A DNA stretch of 55,634 nucleotides, from positions 1 through 55,634 of the IMG/VR virus record IMGVR_UViG_3300032092_000036, one strand, 5' to 3'. Under the pieces are notes generated by a model, which saw only the letters and a program-made list of their open reading frames with translations, did no database searches and had not been told where the DNA came from. Positions 53,969 through 55,634 of the stretch are shown in pieces (positions within the stretch are counted from its first letter, which is position 1; the number at the start of each line of letters is the position of its first letter). The stretch comes from a virus (lineage: Duplodnaviria > Caudoviricetes). Made by a program: the position numbers and the translations under genes.

Positions 53969-55634
53969 ATGTTTTCAAGCAACACAACACAAGTCTCTGG
54001 CGGGGCGTATGAAATTTCACGCAGTTTGCGGTTTAACAGCGCAGACTCTGCTTATCTGAATCGTACTCCTGCGAGTGCTACAAATAGGCAAATATTTACA
54101 TGGTCAGGATGGGTTAAAAGAAGCACGCTTGGAACAAGAAGCGGAATATTTGTTTGTTCAACTAGTGCAGGAACTATTTACACAGGTCTTGAATTTAATG
54201 CATCTAATCAATTAGTTTCTTTTGACAGCAATGCATCAGGTTCAACAGGTGTTGCTACTACGCAAGTGTTTCGTGATGTTTCCGCTTGGTATCACATTGT
54301 TTGGGCTTATGACACAACACAAGCAACAGCGTCAAATAGAGTAAAACTTTATGTTAATGGAACTCAAGTAACAAGTTTTTCAACATCTGATTACCCATCT
54401 CAAAATAGCAATTCATACATTAACACCAATAATCCTCATTCAATTGGTTCTTGGGACCCCGTAGGCATAAGTCTTTATTTTGGTGGCTACATGACAGAGA
54501 TAAACTTTGTCGATGGCTCTCAGTTAACCCCATCATCATTCGGTGAAACAGATACACAAACTGGCGTATGGCAACCTAAAGCCTACTCAGGCTCATACGG
54601 CACTAACGGCTTCTATCTGAACTTCTCAGACAACAGCAACACCACAGCAGCTACATTGGGTAAAGACTACTCAGGTAACGGCAACAACTGGACACCTAAT
54701 GGCTTTCTTGTGTCTGCTGGTGTAAATAATGACTCTCTTGTTGATTCACCAACATCGTATGGAACTGATACTGGTGTGGGTGGGACTGTGCGGGGTAACT
54801 ATTCAACGATGAATCCGTTGGATAACTACAATACAAGTGCCGCTGTTGCGTTTACCTTTGCTAATGGTAATTTGGATGTAAGCCGTTCAAACCAGTCATG
54901 GGCATCTTCTCGTTCAACAATGGCTATGTCTAGTGGTAAGTGGTACGCAGAGATGACTGTGACCGCATCAACTGCGGGAACGCTAAACGCCATGTTTGGT
55001 ATTGCCAAGCCCGACTTCACTATCAATGACTACTTTGGCGGTCAATCAGGAGGCTATGGCTACAATGCCGCAAATGGTCAAAAATACAATGGTGGTTCTG
55101 CGGTTTCTTATGGTGCAACATTCACAACCAACGATGTAATTGGTGTTGCTTATGACGCTGATGCAGGTTCTTTGGTCTTTTACAAAAACGGCACAAGCCA
55201 AGGCACAGCGTACACAGGATTATCAGGAACATTCTGTTTTGCCATTGGTCTATTCCCACAAACTAGCGGTTCAATAACAGCAACCCTAAATTGCGGTCAA
55301 CGCCCATTTGTTCATGCAGCCCCAAGTGGCTTCAAAGCACTTTGCACACAGAACTTGCCAACGCCTACGATTGGGGCGACTACGGCTACGCAAGCGGGTA
55401 AGTATTTTAACGCTGTGTTATGGACAGGCTCTGGAACTCAGACTCGTTCTATAACTGGCCTTGACTTTCAGCCTGATTTAACTTGGATGAAAATACGTGC
55501 TGACACCCCTCAAGACCATCAGTTATATGATGCGGTGCGAGGTGCTGGTGGTGGTAAGAATCTTTCTTCAAATACAACCGCAGCACAAGGAACAGTTAAT
55601 GCTTTCCCAGACGCTGACTACGGCTATGTTTCAG
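53969..55634 (+). CDS. LamG/concanavalin plus SPRY-like tail (receptor-binding) protein, 3'-truncated (not in ORF track)
   Basis: MFSSN...SLRFNSADSAYL...FRDVSAWYHIV...YGTNGFYL...SGKWYAE...GFKALCTQNLP; open to the window end. Confidence 0.85.
   Translation, partial: MFSSNTTQVSGGAYEISRSLRFNSADSAYLNRTPASATNRQIFTWSGWVKRSTLGTRSGIFVCSTSAGTIYTGLEFNASNQLVSFDSNASGSTGVATTQVFRDVSAWYHIVWAYDTTQATASNRVKLYVNGTQVTSFSTSDYPSQNSNSYINTNNPHSIGSWDPVGISLYFGGYMTEINFVDGSQLTPSSFGETDTQTGVWQPKAYSGSYGTNGFYLNFSDNSNTTAATLGKDYSGNGNNWTPNGFLVSAGVNNDSLVDSPTSYGTDTGVGGTVRGNYSTMNPLDNYNTSAAVAFTFANGNLDVSRSNQSWASSRSTMAMSSGKWYAEMTVTASTAGTLNAMFGIAKPDFTINDYFGGQSGGYGYNAANGQKYNGGSAVSYGATFTTNDVIGVAYDADAGSLVFYKNGTSQGTAYTGLSGTFCFAIGLFPQTSGSITATLNCGQRPFVHAAPSGFKALCTQNLPTPTIGATTATQAGKYFNAVLWTGSGTQTRSITGLDFQPDLTWMKIRADTPQDHQLYDAVRGAGGGKNLSSNTTAAQGTVNAFPDADYGYVS

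Overview
The window is most of the genome of a tailed dsDNA phage with podovirus-like organisation. Its gene content is of the kind common in freshwater Betaproteobacteria (Burkholderiales) phages; the host is an inference. Both ends fall inside tail-fibre genes. + strand 42-55.6 kb: RHH regulator, terminases, portal, scaffold, major capsid, adaptors and tail genes. + strand 0-21 kb: Gly-rich tail paralogs, an expanded lysis cassette (GH19 endolysin, Rz with embedded Rz1), tail and internal/ejection proteins including a 2207-aa polyvalent protein, and small basic proteins. - strand 22-41.5 kb: DUF927 primase-helicase, SSB-like protein, SNF2 helicase, nucleases, family A DNA polymerase, a MoxR-AAA/VWA-peptidase cluster and small early genes. 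An iteron/IHF-rich origin-like region lies near 40.5-40.9 kb. I saw no integrase, tRNA, CRISPR array or reverse transcriptase. Most interesting: (1) the giant virion protein carries a UvrD/PcrA-type Tudor RNAP-binding module and a sigma-region-4-like HTH; (2) a GNAT/HNH/acidic-protein cassette is bounded by 15-bp inverted repeats; (3) a 20-bp inverted repeat brackets the scaffold gene; (4) an unannotated RHH gene comes with a repeated operator-like motif; (5) an intergenic RNA hairpin contains a loop-E motif. All family calls are by-eye motif recognition, not database searches.
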